IMG/VR virus record: IMGVR_UViG_3300035034_001216
Location: 8,522 to 72,521 of that record
Reading direction: 5' to 3' (one strand)
DNA length: 64,000 bases
From: a virus
A program made the translations under genes and the position numbers. This document shows, piece after piece, positions 30,101 to 39,739 of this stretch (position 1 is its first letter; every line of letters starts with the position of its first letter). Under the pieces are notes generated by a model. That model worked only from the letters and a program-made list of their open reading frames with translations, searched no databases and had not been told where the DNA came from.

Positions 30101-31610
30101 ACTAATGGATATACTCAATCAAGTTAAAACTAGTAATTTCTCCAATAAAATGTTTAAGACACTAACATTAAAGTTTCCAACTAAGTTCGTAGGTAACGAT
30201 GATAAAAAAGACCAAAGAAAAAATGAAACAGGATTTCAAGTAACAGCTATATCTTTTCATAAGATAATTCAATCTATGAAACATTTAGCATCGGCATCTA
30301 TTATGTGGTTACAACCTATTAATGGTACTCGTAACGGTATATTTGTTAGTATTGTAAACGCTAAAGATGCCATTAGAAACTCTATAGTTGAAAGAACTCT
30401 GGATGGTATTGATGAGAATTTTATAGATTTTACAGTTAAAGACATGGCATTTGCTCATAAAGAGGTTATGAAAATGTATCGTGATTCTATGGTAGGAGAT
30501 GTTAGAAAAAATAAAGTATATATACTCGCCAAAAGACTTGATTATTTACCAGATAACTTTGATTGGGCTACTTCAGAAAATGAGCTTATTAGTGGTAATA
30601 TGACATTAGTGCAGGAAAGTACTATGTATATGTTTCACACTATACCTGAGGAATTTAATGCACTTGCTATCATGGTAGCACAGTTAAACAAAATGAAGAA
30701 TAGATCTACTGGTAAAACTATATATGAGTCATATTCAGAACCTAAAGATATTGGAAATGGCGTATATGATGTAGAATGGACTGGTGGTGTAAGAGGTATT
30801 GTTAAAAGAGGTCAGATAGAAGAGGAATTAACTGAATTAGATGGTCTTGAAGTACGTAAAATGAAGAGAGTATACCAGCGTATGCATGGTAACTATAGAC
30901 GTGAAGAACGAGCAGCTATGGAAGCTTATATTATAGGTCAAGTATTTATACAGTTTAGAAAATACTTACCCTCTATTATTATAGGTTCGTTTGGAGGGTT
31001 ACGTAAAGATCAAACATTAGGGTATTATAAATTTACCGGAGATAAGAAGGATGGTAAAGAAGTAATGGAATGGACTGCTAGGCAAATTGAAGGTAGGTTT
31101 AGAGTCTTTGGTAGATTTTTAATGAATTTTTTAAGTTCAGAGAAAACATTATGGGATAACATGAAGACTGATCAAAAAGCACAAGTTATTGACTTTGGTG
31201 TTACAATGAGTTTTATGCTAATGATGTTGGCAGCTATGGCAGCAATCTTTGACGACGATGATGAAAAAGATTCATTCAAACTTTGGTTAGATGTAATTAG
31301 ACAAAACTCTACACAACACTGGAACTTCATGGATCAAATACGGTCATTACAACAACCTCCTGCTACGATTAAAAAACAATTTGATTTGGCATTAGGTCTT
31401 GGTGAATTAACAGCATCTTTATATTTATTGACAATAGGTGATTCTGAAGGAGCATTAACTAGAGATGGTAGAATTAAAGGTATGGCTCAAACACAAAAGT
31501 CTTTACCGTTTGCATCTTCTATATATACAGCAAGACGTTTTGTAAATAACACTGACTTTTTAGGAGATAAAAATGAAAACTTGGGAGTCTACTTGTGGAG
31601 AACTCGATAA
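27126..31610 (+). CDS. giant virion cargo protein: zincin-like and PD-(D/E)xK nuclease domains, hydrophobic C-terminal region
   Basis: 1494 aa. TLIHELFH...EFINE is zincin-like. IATTID...INDWKSG...KLQ is PD-(D/E)xK-like. Hydrophobic FMLMMLAAMAAIF lies near the C-terminus. Confidence 0.7.
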   Translation: MACKVIYRGQEYNEDVFLSRVENNLIPEIEFINAMANKTVGYVFNKHSDVFYKDVSDLDLNKKSFESKVLPKLSEASGTIYDIIKHKIPEDLKILSVDEIGYNKSRRVLGNYNYNEREIKIFDHDGYEDSKEQTLIHELFHSAFDAFIEADASQLTSEQNSAITELKGLFEEYHVNIPEGAINFKEESDNVKTQLKEFINEAITNPKFLEQLNKININKSSNENNLNKWVQAFIDIINKLFGLTEGSMASSLMSNVIFLMNTPKPEVSYKVAIANREAPDISKVDEDVFENQKKWQSIIEKHMDDFKELSHFVDDKGEEQNYYMWLGRRYDGLTSVIKNDIRGFQEEFDWIQNLADYEWDQAGYSPSVMLNIVGMKDKVDKAEFIKRKRYELETNMAKGRLIHYQFQIHIGNGNRQAIEKKMEDIRDEYSLRMESTSWVEGLYEFYKNNMSYTNRTKDYSEVPLASDELGIATTIDHMILYDDGQVGINDWKSGKSFENKVTTNMMKYGDVPGIDIENTPINAAKLQVMLGAVLWKMKHPEAQFKKLTVQWVNRSNETKRYRPTSDVDVESYLKLVEEWMLDNHPEVHKKYQNTGLFTKSSYTGYHNYTTTEMLRRGVEPSKYEQLLETDILKIAQSKGFSARKIADQQGRVGLSEREELAATARTLLELSAGDDQFDSRGDNQIARDLHPIKRWIASYEDIDNPYLNEFKKILDRKSNLARREINKKRLEFESLMLPIYKTWIAAQGKTFSQAAFKGRLTSVSPWNEKGTGLFQFAWINEEIEKGYNKDVLVHPEKHPETWKTLSNDQQKLLNFFHDTLHSYWDPKNPESLMNKVVGTDARNRPITNYDKVKGKFANFGNKIYEYEKGMTPRYHMGSKEVIDRFKFGGKTMQYIFNKYFTFRLENNWEEWQNEEEIIPVKGIENDHNTQDDMYTRNVEIMFDRMVRNMELKDKLDYVYALGQGIRTYLRLKDDGQGANMYKNTIDFLEDQLLMDILNQVKTSNFSNKMFKTLTLKFPTKFVGNDDKKDQRKNETGFQVTAISFHKIIQSMKHLASASIMWLQPINGTRNGIFVSIVNAKDAIRNSIVERTLDGIDENFIDFTVKDMAFAHKEVMKMYRDSMVGDVRKNKVYILAKRLDYLPDNFDWATSENELISGNMTLVQESTMYMFHTIPEEFNALAIMVAQLNKMKNRSTGKTIYESYSEPKDIGNGVYDVEWTGGVRGIVKRGQIEEELTELDGLEVRKMKRVYQRMHGNYRREERAAMEAYIIGQVFIQFRKYLPSIIIGSFGGLRKDQTLGYYKFTGDKKDGKEVMEWTARQIEGRFRVFGRFLMNFLSSEKTLWDNMKTDQKAQVIDFGVTMSFMLMMLAAMAAIFDDDDEKDSFKLWLDVIRQNSTQHWNFMDQIRSLQQPPATIKKQFDLALGLGELTASLYLLTIGDSEGALTRDGRIKGMAQTQKSLPFASSIYTARRFVNNTDFLGDKNENLGVYLWRTR

Positions 31611-31630
31611 CAGACCAGACCTGAGCAACT

Positions 31631-31668
31631 AAAAAAAGGGGATATACCGTTATGGCATATCCCCTTTT
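31631..31668. terminator. bidirectional intrinsic terminator between the convergent gene blocks
   Basis: A7-GGGGATAT-(ACCGTTATGGC)-ATATCCCC-T4 between convergent stop codons. Confidence 0.85.
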
Positions 31669-31688
31669 ACTTTTACTAACTAACCTTT

Positions 31689-32084
31689 TTAATACTTCTT
31701 ACCATGTTTATGTTCTCTCAATCTATTATAACGCATCTTAGCGTTAATTTGAGCAAGCATATTTATTCCCTCTCCTGCTGCTAAATCAAAAATACGTATA
31801 AGAGCATCAGCTAGCTCATTCTCATACGTATCCTTAATATTTTTCCTCATATACTCCTTGAATTGTTCATCATCTTCAATTTGTACTGCTTTAATTGCTT
31901 GTTCGTTTTTACTATGTTGTCCTTTTCTATGACATTCAAGGGCTTCTGAAACTTCAGCATGAATTAAGGCCAGTAGTTCACCGCGATTACGCTTTTCACC
32001 ATCTTCCCAAAATCCTTTCTCTATTGCTGTTGCATGTGCTTTATCTAAAAGCTTTTTAAAATCAGTTTCAAATTCCATTATCAT
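31689..32084 (-). CDS. MazG-like NTP pyrophosphohydrolase
   Basis: LALIHAEVSEALE...ELADALIRIFDL...KMRYN..R..KHGKKY. Confidence 0.85.
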   Translation of the reverse strand: MIMEFETDFKKLLDKAHATAIEKGFWEDGEKRNRGELLALIHAEVSEALECHRKGQHSKNEQAIKAVQIEDDEQFKEYMRKNIKDTYENELADALIRIFDLAAGEGINMLAQINAKMRYNRLREHKHGKKY

Positions 32085-32087
32085 ATA

Positions 32088-32369
32088 TTATATTTTATAA
32101 GATTTACCGCAGACACATGTTATCTTTGACGGTCTTATTCTAAACATACTACCTCTTAACTCTTCCAGCTCTTTTCTCTCAGCAGTAATTTGCTTACGAA
32201 TTTTAACTATATAATTAAGAGCATCCCCAAGCTCTTCTTGGAGATGTAGTAAGTAATCATCTTTATTGTTCTCTTCTAGTGTTGTACCATATTTTTTAAT
32301 ACCTACATCACTTCTATCTTTCAGAAACTTCATAGCTTCTGTAACTATTGGATCTTTACTTTTTTTCAT
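32088..32369 (-). CDS. small MazG-fold (all-alpha NTP-PPase-like) phage protein
   Basis: RSDVGIKKYGTTL...HLQEELGDALNY. Confidence 0.6.
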   Translation of the reverse strand: MKKSKDPIVTEAMKFLKDRSDVGIKKYGTTLEENNKDDYLLHLQEELGDALNYIVKIRKQITAERKELEELRGSMFRIRPSKITCVCGKSYKI

Positions 32370-32487
32370 TTATTTCATCCCACTTCTTAAACATTTCAAA
32401 TAGCATATAAACTGCTACTCCTACACATGTAGTTAATACTCCAAAGTATATTATTGTTATTAATAATAGATTTGTTGTTGTTATCAT
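32356..32487 (-). CDS. 43-aa single-pass membrane protein (not in ORF track)
   Basis: Own translation MITTTNLLLITIIYFGVLTTCVGVAVYMLFEMFKKWDEINEKK*. Fills the gap between nrdJ and the next gene. Confidence 0.55.
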   Translation of the reverse strand: MITTTNLLLITIIYFGVLTTCVGVAVYMLFEMFKKWDEINEKK

Positions 32488-32505
32488 TTTTGTCTTTTTT
32501 TATTA

Positions 32506-34386
32506 TTAGTATGTTATTTCACAAGCTCCTCCTGCGCATGCAAGTTCAGCAGCCTGATCTGTGTTATCTTCATCTTCAATAATAAGAGTTAGATCAATAG
32601 GATGGTTTTTAATATATTCCATCTTAGCATCATACTCTTCTTTTGTACATATTTGAAATGGCGCATCTTTATATGTACCGTTGTCGTATGGCAATACAGA
32701 CATACCATTAAAGTTATGCTTGTTATTCCACATCCATTCTCCTACACTATCCCATTCATCTTCTCTCACATTACAAGTAGCTGACACATTATTAGTATTA
32801 GGACCTGTTCTATGACCTTCCTTAACCCAATCTAGGTTAAATTGTTTTACTCGTTCTAAGAATTCTAAAGCTGTTTCATTATCCCTAAGTGTTGCTGTAT
32901 CAGGAGCCATTTGAGGCATACCTATTACCGCATCTTTAGGTTGATAGTCCATAACTTTAATTAACTCAGGATGATTCTCACTAAAGAATTTATGAAGATC
33001 ATCTCCAACTGCACACTGCATATTACGTATATAGAATTTATCATGCCACGCGTGTATACCAGAACTTGTTCCTAATACACATGAGGTTGTACCACTAGGT
33101 TTAATAGTAGTAGTCCTTGCAGCCTCATTAATTCCTAAACGTTTTGCAGTTTTAGCATTCATACGTTTAACGTAATCAACTGCTTGTTTAAGATCTAATC
33201 CTTCTAAGTTACTATTAGCAATTCCAGTAATACCAACACCTATAAGACTATCTTTCTCGGTATTTGTTTTCCATACAGATCTTAAATAATGAAAGTCAGT
33301 TATAGATGCTTGTAATGTACCAAAGAACGCTGCAACTGTAGCTCTAGCATTGAAATCATCTTGATCTTGAATTGTACCCGCATTAATCTCTGTAAGATTA
33401 CAGAAAGTATACGGACGTAAACTAATTTCGCAACAAGGATTTGTTCCATAATCAGGATCATTGGTAAAATATATACCCGGTTCTCCTGACTTAGAATCAA
33501 CTGTTACTTGCCATAGCTTACCAAAGTCATCAATAGAAGCTCTGTTCCGTAACACAACTGCTGAGTTATTTGCTCTGCCGAGCTCAGGGAACATTTCCCA
33601 CCACTTACCATGTTTACACGTAGCCATTTCTGTATCGTCCATACTAAAGAGAGCAATAAGCGCTGCTCTTCTAATTCCACCTGCGAGGACAGCATCCGCG
33701 ATAAGGCAATTAATTCTGTGGACTTCAAATGGAGATAACTTGTGTCCATCCTCTTTTTCATTGAGTAAACTTTCTATTTTTGTTAAACATATTCTAAGAG
33801 GTTCTGGTCCCGGGGCTTTACCACCAGCTGTTACCAGCCTAGCTCCTTTTGATCTAATGTCTGTATAATCAAATCTTGGTTTGGTCTTAATTACACCAAA
33901 ATAAGATTTCATTAATTGTTTTACAGCATCTGCCCAACCTTCAATACTATCTCCTATAAGGAATTTAGCTTCTTTTAAAGGTTTTTGGATTTCTGGCAAT
34001 TGTTCTATATGTTTATATTGTACTGAATAGCCTACACCAGTACCACCTAACAATAGGAACATGAGTTCTGAAAACCCTTTGTAATGTTCCATTGGTAAAT
34101 AAGCACAGTTATAACCTCTACTTTCATTTTTAGTCATAGCAGCTCCAGCGAACTGAAGTGCTCTCATAGACGGTAGTACTTTCTTATCGTAAATATGATC
34201 CTTCATTGAATCTATCATTACGATGATAGCATTATCATCTTTAAATCTTTCTTTCATCATGCCGATATATCTATCGACAATTTCTCTCCATGATTCTCTT
34301 CGTTTTAATTCTGGTATATATTTTGCATATTTAGTATATACAGCTACATTCGATAGTAATCTATTACTTTCATTCATATTAATCAA
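32506..34386 (-). CDS. nrdJ: class II (adenosylcobalamin-dependent) ribonucleotide reductase
   Basis: LPSMRAL, YNCAY, GGIRRAA, TNPCCEI, TIKPSGT and C-terminal CAGGAC. No small subunit is encoded nearby. Confidence 0.9.
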   Translation of the reverse strand: MINMNESNRLLSNVAVYTKYAKYIPELKRRESWREIVDRYIGMMKERFKDDNAIIVMIDSMKDHIYDKKVLPSMRALQFAGAAMTKNESRGYNCAYLPMEHYKGFSELMFLLLGGTGVGYSVQYKHIEQLPEIQKPLKEAKFLIGDSIEGWADAVKQLMKSYFGVIKTKPRFDYTDIRSKGARLVTAGGKAPGPEPLRICLTKIESLLNEKEDGHKLSPFEVHRINCLIADAVLAGGIRRAALIALFSMDDTEMATCKHGKWWEMFPELGRANNSAVVLRNRASIDDFGKLWQVTVDSKSGEPGIYFTNDPDYGTNPCCEISLRPYTFCNLTEINAGTIQDQDDFNARATVAAFFGTLQASITDFHYLRSVWKTNTEKDSLIGVGITGIANSNLEGLDLKQAVDYVKRMNAKTAKRLGINEAARTTTIKPSGTTSCVLGTSSGIHAWHDKFYIRNMQCAVGDDLHKFFSENHPELIKVMDYQPKDAVIGMPQMAPDTATLRDNETALEFLERVKQFNLDWVKEGHRTGPNTNNVSATCNVREDEWDSVGEWMWNNKHNFNGMSVLPYDNGTYKDAPFQICTKEEYDAKMEYIKNHPIDLTLIIEDEDNTDQAAELACAGGACEITY

Positions 34387-34948
34387 ATATTACAGTTTGT
34401 TTATTATTAGGTTTTAAATCTATTTTTTTCTTGTGACATTCTAAACTTAAATCAATAAGATCACCGATCTCTTGATCCCTATCTATATGTGCACAATTTA
34501 ACTCTATTTCCCTCTCAATATATAAAGATTCATCTTTGTATAAAACCTTAGATATTTTATGATCTAATGTCTTATTATGAAACTTTAATATATGTCTTTT
34601 ATAAGAATCACTCACTAGTGAATACTTACTTGCTTTAATATTATCTAAATCTTTTTTGTAAGGTGTAGATATTTTAAAACAATACACAAATACATCATCC
34701 TCTTCCGTTTCGTACTTATCTATAAAGTTGTTGGTACTTTCAAGCCATAAATAAAATTGCTTTAAGTAATCAACTTCTTTGTACTCAATAAATAAATGCT
34801 CTTTATGGTCTGGCATATATTCACTTGTAAAATAAGTATTGCGTAAGATTATATCAGATGTATCTTTAGGGTTCTTTTTAACAAACTGTAAATACGATTC
34901 ACCTAACATAGGTAGCGCGTATATATAACTTCTATTATATTTCCTCAT
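34379..34948 (-). CDS. hypothetical protein (replication module)
   Basis: 189-aa ORF overlapping both neighbours; no recognisable motif. Confidence 0.6.
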   Translation of the reverse strand: MRKYNRSYIYALPMLGESYLQFVKKNPKDTSDIILRNTYFTSEYMPDHKEHLFIEYKEVDYLKQFYLWLESTNNFIDKYETEEDDVFVYCFKISTPYKKDLDNIKASKYSLVSDSYKRHILKFHNKTLDHKISKVLYKDESLYIEREIELNCAHIDRDQEIGDLIDLSLECHKKKIDLKPNNKQTVIFD

Positions 34949-35675
34949 TCCTTTTAACAGTATTTAACTGCTCAGGGATTTCAAGTTGATTTATTTCAAA
35001 ATCTTCGTTGGTTCGTAATATGTATAATTGTTTATAATTTTTGTAAAACATTTCTATTCCATTGCTCATTCCAAACTGCTCAATATACTTAGATAATACC
35101 ATCTGTTCATTAGTGACGATGGCCCTTCCTTTTATTCGATCAAGTTCTAATTCTTCTATTAATTTACTAGAAGTTTTATCACCACAACCGGGAATTCCTT
35201 GTATACTGTCAGTACTATCACCCATTAGCATTTGTTTCCAAAAGAAAGTATTGATCTCTTCAATACTCTTCTCTACTAATTCGTTCTTATTGTAATTGTA
35301 ACACCTATCATTGGTGTTGATTACGTCTTTATCCGGACTACATACTATGCTGTCCTCTATTTTATTATTCCAATATGTAACTAAATCATCAGCCTCAAGT
35401 TCTCTTTGAAATATGGCGTTTAATTGAGTTCTCATATATTCTTGTATATAATAAAATACAGGTTCTTTTCTTTGTTTAGGTCTGGACTTCTTATATCCTT
35501 CTGTCTTATTATGTCTAAATGTTCTTCCTATAGTTAGGAATAAAGCGTATTCATTAGATTCTGTTGCTTCAAGTATATCATCTATTCTACCAGTCAAATA
35601 AAGGACAGCTTCATCAGGTGTCCTTTTATGAGCAGCAGCATAAATTAAACTGTCAGCATCTATTAACGCTATCAT
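34935..35675 (-). CDS. 5'-3' exonuclease / flap endonuclease (RNase H-like, T7 gp6/T5 D15 family)
   Basis: LIDADS, YKKSR, LEADD, SPDKD and MGDSTDSIQGIPGCG (helix-hairpin-helix). Confidence 0.9.
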   Translation of the reverse strand: MIALIDADSLIYAAAHKRTPDEAVLYLTGRIDDILEATESNEYALFLTIGRTFRHNKTEGYKKSRPKQRKEPVFYYIQEYMRTQLNAIFQRELEADDLVTYWNNKIEDSIVCSPDKDVINTNDRCYNYNKNELVEKSIEEINTFFWKQMLMGDSTDSIQGIPGCGDKTSSKLIEELELDRIKGRAIVTNEQMVLSKYIEQFGMSNGIEMFYKNYKQLYILRTNEDFEINQLEIPEQLNTVKRNEEI

Positions 35676-35680
35676 TTTAT

Positions 35681-36052
35681 TTATTTTTTCATTTGTTTAT
35701 ATGCTTCTTTTAATAACATAAGTTCATAAAAATCTTCTTTTTTCATTGAAACAAACTCATCATCAGTGTAAAACCTAGTACCTTTCTTACTAACCTTCTT
35801 ATGAAAAACTATAATAGGTTTGTCTTGAAAGCGTTCAGGTCTATCATTGTTGATAAGTTCGTCTAGCTTGGGGTATCCTTTATACACTTTACATTGTATA
35901 TAATATGGAAAATCCCCAAGCACATCTATTCCCGCATTGTCAGCATTACGAGACTCTGATCTTGCCGTAACAACATCATAGTTCATCTTTTTAAGATCAT
36001 TAACTATATCTCGTTCATACTGATTTCCTGCAGTTCTATTTCTATTTGCCAT
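35681..36052 (-). CDS. PD-(D/E)xK endonuclease, Holliday junction resolvase-like
   Basis: GNQYER...GID...IQCK. Confidence 0.75.
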   Translation of the reverse strand: MANRNRTAGNQYERDIVNDLKKMNYDVVTARSESRNADNAGIDVLGDFPYYIQCKVYKGYPKLDELINNDRPERFQDKPIIVFHKKVSKKGTRFYTDDEFVSMKKEDFYELMLLKEAYKQMKK

Positions 36053-36056
36053 TTAC

Positions 36057-36404
36057 TTAAATTAATTCATCCTCTCCCGTCCTAAAATATTTAATCATAT
36101 CAAGTCTATTACCATACTCATCGTAACCGTTAGTAAATCCGTACAAGTCTTCGTCTTGCTTTTTAAGAAACCTCATAAAATCAACAGATATAGGAGCTAA
36201 TGAAGAAGATATATAAGCTCTATATGAACTATCATCTTCTTCTACACCAAACTCATCTTGATATAATTCTATAAAATCAGTATCTAACGGTATAAAGTTA
36301 GTTTTTAATTCTCCTCTAAATTTATTAGGAAGCTTAATAAGTTTCTCATTTATTACAAGAGCACTGGATTCTTCATTAAATCCACTTGATTTTTCTTTTG
36401 TCAT
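36057..36404 (-). CDS. hypothetical protein
   Basis: 115-aa ORF in the operon. Confidence 0.55.
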   Translation of the reverse strand: MTKEKSSGFNEESSALVINEKLIKLPNKFRGELKTNFIPLDTDFIELYQDEFGVEEDDSSYRAYISSSLAPISVDFMRFLKKQDEDLYGFTNGYDEYGNRLDMIKYFRTGEDELI

Positions 36405-37086
36405 TTTTACTTAGTATTTCGTTAGTTAGTTTAAAGTGGTTGTTTCCTACAAATCCTTTTGCCAATGGGCTAGGATGTGAAGACTCTAATATGTGGTTAT
36501 TTTCATCTATAAGTTTTTTATAACCTTTGGCATGATTGCCCCACAATAAATAAACTAAATTAGATTTGTTATAATTAAGAGTTGAAAATACGAAATTTAT
36601 GAATGAATTCCAAATTTTTGAGTGGGAATTTGGTTGACCCTCTCTAACAGTGAATGCTGTATTGATTAATAACACCCCTTGATCAACCCAAGACTTAAGT
36701 GTTTTATCAAATTCTTTATCACCCTCAGTTCTTTTTACTTCTTTAATTATATTATGTAAAGAAGGAGCTATTCTAAAATCCTTGTTAACGCCAAATGCAT
36801 AGCCTGTAGCAACACCTTTAGTATAATAAGGATCTTGACCTAGTATAACTACTTTAACGTCTTTAAATGGTACTTTAAATGCGTTAAATATTTTATTACT
36901 TTCTGGAAATATATTATATCTCTTATTATCTTCTTTGAGATACTCAAAAATTACATCTCCTTCTTCACTACAAAGAAATGGTAATAGATATTCATACCAA
37001 GATTCATGCATTAAAGGTTTTAATGATTTCATCCGGCCTGAATATTTCTCCATATCTATCGTATCCATGTTCATAAACAAATTCAT
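36376..37086 (-). CDS. ung: uracil-DNA glycosylase family 1 (true start may be the MKSLKP Met at about 37032)
   Basis: ILGQDPY, ATGYAF, PSLHNI, QGVLLIN, LWG and SHPSPL. Confidence 0.92.
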   Translation of the reverse strand: MNLFMNMDTIDMEKYSGRMKSLKPLMHESWYEYLLPFLCSEEGDVIFEYLKEDNKRYNIFPESNKIFNAFKVPFKDVKVVILGQDPYYTKGVATGYAFGVNKDFRIAPSLHNIIKEVKRTEGDKEFDKTLKSWVDQGVLLINTAFTVREGQPNSHSKIWNSFINFVFSTLNYNKSNLVYLLWGNHAKGYKKLIDENNHILESSHPSPLAKGFVGNNHFKLTNEILSKNDKRKIKWI

Positions 37087-37990
37087 TAGTATCTTTTATA
37101 TTATATTTTAGTGGAATATACCAATATGGTAGTTGATAGAGTTCATTTAATCTTTTAGCTGCAACAATACCCGGCTCATCATTATCATATAAAACTATAA
37201 TATGTTTAAACCTTTTACGAAGCATATCAAATATCTTGAGTTCAGGAAATGTAGTTTCACCGTTAAACGATACGGCTGCATATCCCATCTCATAAAGATT
37301 CATTACATCCTTATAAGCTTTTGTTATGATCAGATATTCTCCTTCTTCTGGTAATTGTTTCCAGCCTTGTAATATATTCTTTGGACAGTTACTTCTAAAT
37401 TTTACTTTCTTATTACCATAAGGTCTATATATCTCCATTATTTCAGGATCTCTTATCAGATATCTGTAAATAGGATCTGATGGATGATATGTAAATATCT
37501 CTTCAGTTTTAGATATCCAAACTCTATGACAAGATCTAACATCAAAATACTCCAAAGTAGAAATACTAATGCCTCTATCACTCCAATACTTAATGTCAAA
37601 CTTTGTCCAATCCATCGTTTCACATTCAATGCTATTAAATTCTTTTTCAACTTTTACGTGTTTTACTTTATATTTTATTGGTTTTGCTTTTTGATGAAAT
37701 CCTTTAGGCTGAAGATTAAGTTGAAAATCTTTATCTATCCTATACAGAATGTCTGGAAAACCCAATTTGGTATTTAACATTGCTATTTTAAAACAATCAC
37801 CGTTGTATTGTTTATAAGCAAAGTCTATAAATAATAATACCCCAGAGTCATAGTGAAAAGAACAGTCGGGATGTCTATCTTTTCTCATAGCGTTACAAAT
37901 CTTTTGCTCTAACACTACATCTCCGGGGTAATATTTATCCATGATCTCTTCTTGGGTAATCCTTTCTAAGATCATTTCTTTTGTTATCAT
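37004..37990 (-). CDS. DNA primase (DnaG-like, TOPRIM)
   Basis: N-terminal R.DRHPDCSF region; TOPRIM IITKAYKDVM and YDNDEPG. Confidence 0.85.
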   Translation of the reverse strand: MITKEMILERITQEEIMDKYYPGDVVLEQKICNAMRKDRHPDCSFHYDSGVLLFIDFAYKQYNGDCFKIAMLNTKLGFPDILYRIDKDFQLNLQPKGFHQKAKPIKYKVKHVKVEKEFNSIECETMDWTKFDIKYWSDRGISISTLEYFDVRSCHRVWISKTEEIFTYHPSDPIYRYLIRDPEIMEIYRPYGNKKVKFRSNCPKNILQGWKQLPEEGEYLIITKAYKDVMNLYEMGYAAVSFNGETTFPELKIFDMLRKRFKHIIVLYDNDEPGIVAAKRLNELYQLPYWYIPLKYNIKDTNEFVYEHGYDRYGEIFRPDEIIKTFNA

Positions 37991-38009
37991 TTTATTAATT
38001 TTTCTTTCA

Positions 38010-38783
38010 TTATCTTCCTTTTATATCTGGGTATATTTCTTTCATTGAATCACTTTGCCAATATTCTAAAGTATCAACATCCATTATTGTAAGTTTACCT
38101 CCGAATCCAGCACCAGTATCTACATTAATTACTTCATTTGTAAACATAGGTGTATAAAAGTTCCAATTAATAGTAGGTGTATGACCTATAAATACTTTAT
38201 CAAAACGGTTTTTTATTTTAAATGGATATTTATCTTTAGCTAATTGACTTCTAAGATCATTAGATAATGCTTGTAACCATAGATCTCTATCCCATATTAA
38301 TATATCTTTACTCTGACCTGATATATATTCATGTCTATTAAATCCACCATGAACAAAACAGTAATTACGTTTTAAATCTTCGTAATAGTAATGTTGTTTT
38401 TTAAAAAAATCAATATGTGAATCTGGTATATCTGTTTTGGCTAAATTTGTAACTCCTCCAGAATTTACATTACCTTGTATTGATATATCTCTATCTGAAT
38501 ATCTAGCATAAGATTGAGCTGTAGCTAAAGCTCCTTGACTCCATTTAAATGGATGTATTCCCATATCTAACCATTCTATAAATGTTTCGTCATGATTACC
38601 TCTAATGTCTATTCTGTTAGGATATTCTAATAATAATTCTACACATTCATATACAAAAGGCCATCCATCACATATGTCACCTATTGTAATTAAAGTATCT
38701 TCTTTTGTGATAGGAGATCGCTGAAGCACCTGTTTTAGTGCCTCAGTTCCTCCATGAATATCACCTATTACGTATGTTTTCAT
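38010..38783 (-). CDS. calcineurin-like metallophosphoesterase (Ser/Thr phosphatase family)
   Basis: GDIHG, GDICDG, RGNHD, VHGG, GHTP and DTGAG. Confidence 0.9.
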   Translation of the reverse strand: MKTYVIGDIHGGTEALKQVLQRSPITKEDTLITIGDICDGWPFVYECVELLLEYPNRIDIRGNHDETFIEWLDMGIHPFKWSQGALATAQSYARYSDRDISIQGNVNSGGVTNLAKTDIPDSHIDFFKKQHYYYEDLKRNYCFVHGGFNRHEYISGQSKDILIWDRDLWLQALSNDLRSQLAKDKYPFKIKNRFDKVFIGHTPTINWNFYTPMFTNEVINVDTGAGFGGKLTIMDVDTLEYWQSDSMKEIYPDIKGR

Positions 38784-39034
38784 TTTGCTTTTTGTACGTT
38801 TATATATAATTTATTATAATTCTTCAAAGCTGCTTCTTTTTTCATTTTAAAATAACTTTCAGTTACTTTATTTAGTTCTATAAAACTATGGTTTAAGTTT
38901 AAAAACTTAGCAGCTTGTTGTTTCGATGGTGCTCTTATGTAACCTATTACAACTCCTTTATCATTAGGACCACCATCAGTAAATTGTCTTTTTTCAAATA
39001 TCATCTTCCTTTCTCTTTTTAACTTCATTGTCAT
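38780..39034 (-). CDS. hypothetical protein
   Basis: 84-aa ORF; the true start may be the internal MIFEK. Confidence 0.5.
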   Translation of the reverse strand: MTMKLKRERKMIFEKRQFTDGGPNDKGVVIGYIRAPSKQQAAKFLNLNHSFIELNKVTESYFKMKKEAALKNYNKLYINVQKAK

Positions 39035-39119
39035 GTTTCCATGCGTTTCTATACATCATAACATAACCTCCGAACAATACAGTAGCTAGTAATATACTAT
39101 ACCATATATGTTGTTTCAT
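38994..39119 (-). CDS. 41-aa single-pass membrane protein (not in ORF track)
   Basis: Own translation MKQHIWYSILLATVLFGGYVMMYRNAWKHDNEVKKRKEDDI*. Start overlaps the upstream stop (TAATG). Confidence 0.55.
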   Translation of the reverse strand: MKQHIWYSILLATVLFGGYVMMYRNAWKHDNEVKKRKEDDI

Positions 39120-39739
39120 TATTCTAAATTGTTTTTAAACATATTTATTTCTTTTTGTGTAGGATTTTCAAGAAGAATATAATATTTTTCATCAATCTCA
39201 TTTTGATCTAACAAACTTTTAAATTCATAATCAACACGAGCTCCTTCATATTGATAAAAAGAATCTCCCTTTTCATTAAGTATATACTGATACCTACCTT
39301 TAGGAGTACACATTCCTTGCTTTTTAAAATTGGGATTTCCTTTAAAGATTTGCCCTCTTTTAAATTTATGTATTGGTGGTAATCCCTTTTCAACACGAAC
39401 TTTACTATAATAATCAATTAAGTTTGCATCATAAATCCACATAAATTCCTTTAAAGGAGTTTTAATAGGTTGTTGAAAAAATCCATTGTATATAGTTACT
39501 ACTTTATCTTCTTTAAAATTTACATAGCAATCATAACCACTTACTTTACCTGTTTCTTTATGAAGTACAGTAATATCTTTTCCCCAATCTTTATAATCAA
39601 TATCCCGTTTATTAGGAAAAGTATCTTTAAATGAAGATCCATTTTTAAGAATTTCATTCCTTAACCCTTCATTGTGATACATTGGGCCTTGTTTGTCAAA
39701 TAAATTACAAACACATTTTTTCATTTGATTAGTTTTCAT
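39119..39739 (-). CDS. hypothetical protein
   Basis: 206-aa ORF in the operon. Confidence 0.55.
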   Translation of the reverse strand: MKTNQMKKCVCNLFDKQGPMYHNEGLRNEILKNGSSFKDTFPNKRDIDYKDWGKDITVLHKETGKVSGYDCYVNFKEDKVVTIYNGFFQQPIKTPLKEFMWIYDANLIDYYSKVRVEKGLPPIHKFKRGQIFKGNPNFKKQGMCTPKGRYQYILNEKGDSFYQYEGARVDYEFKSLLDQNEIDEKYYILLENPTQKEINMFKNNLE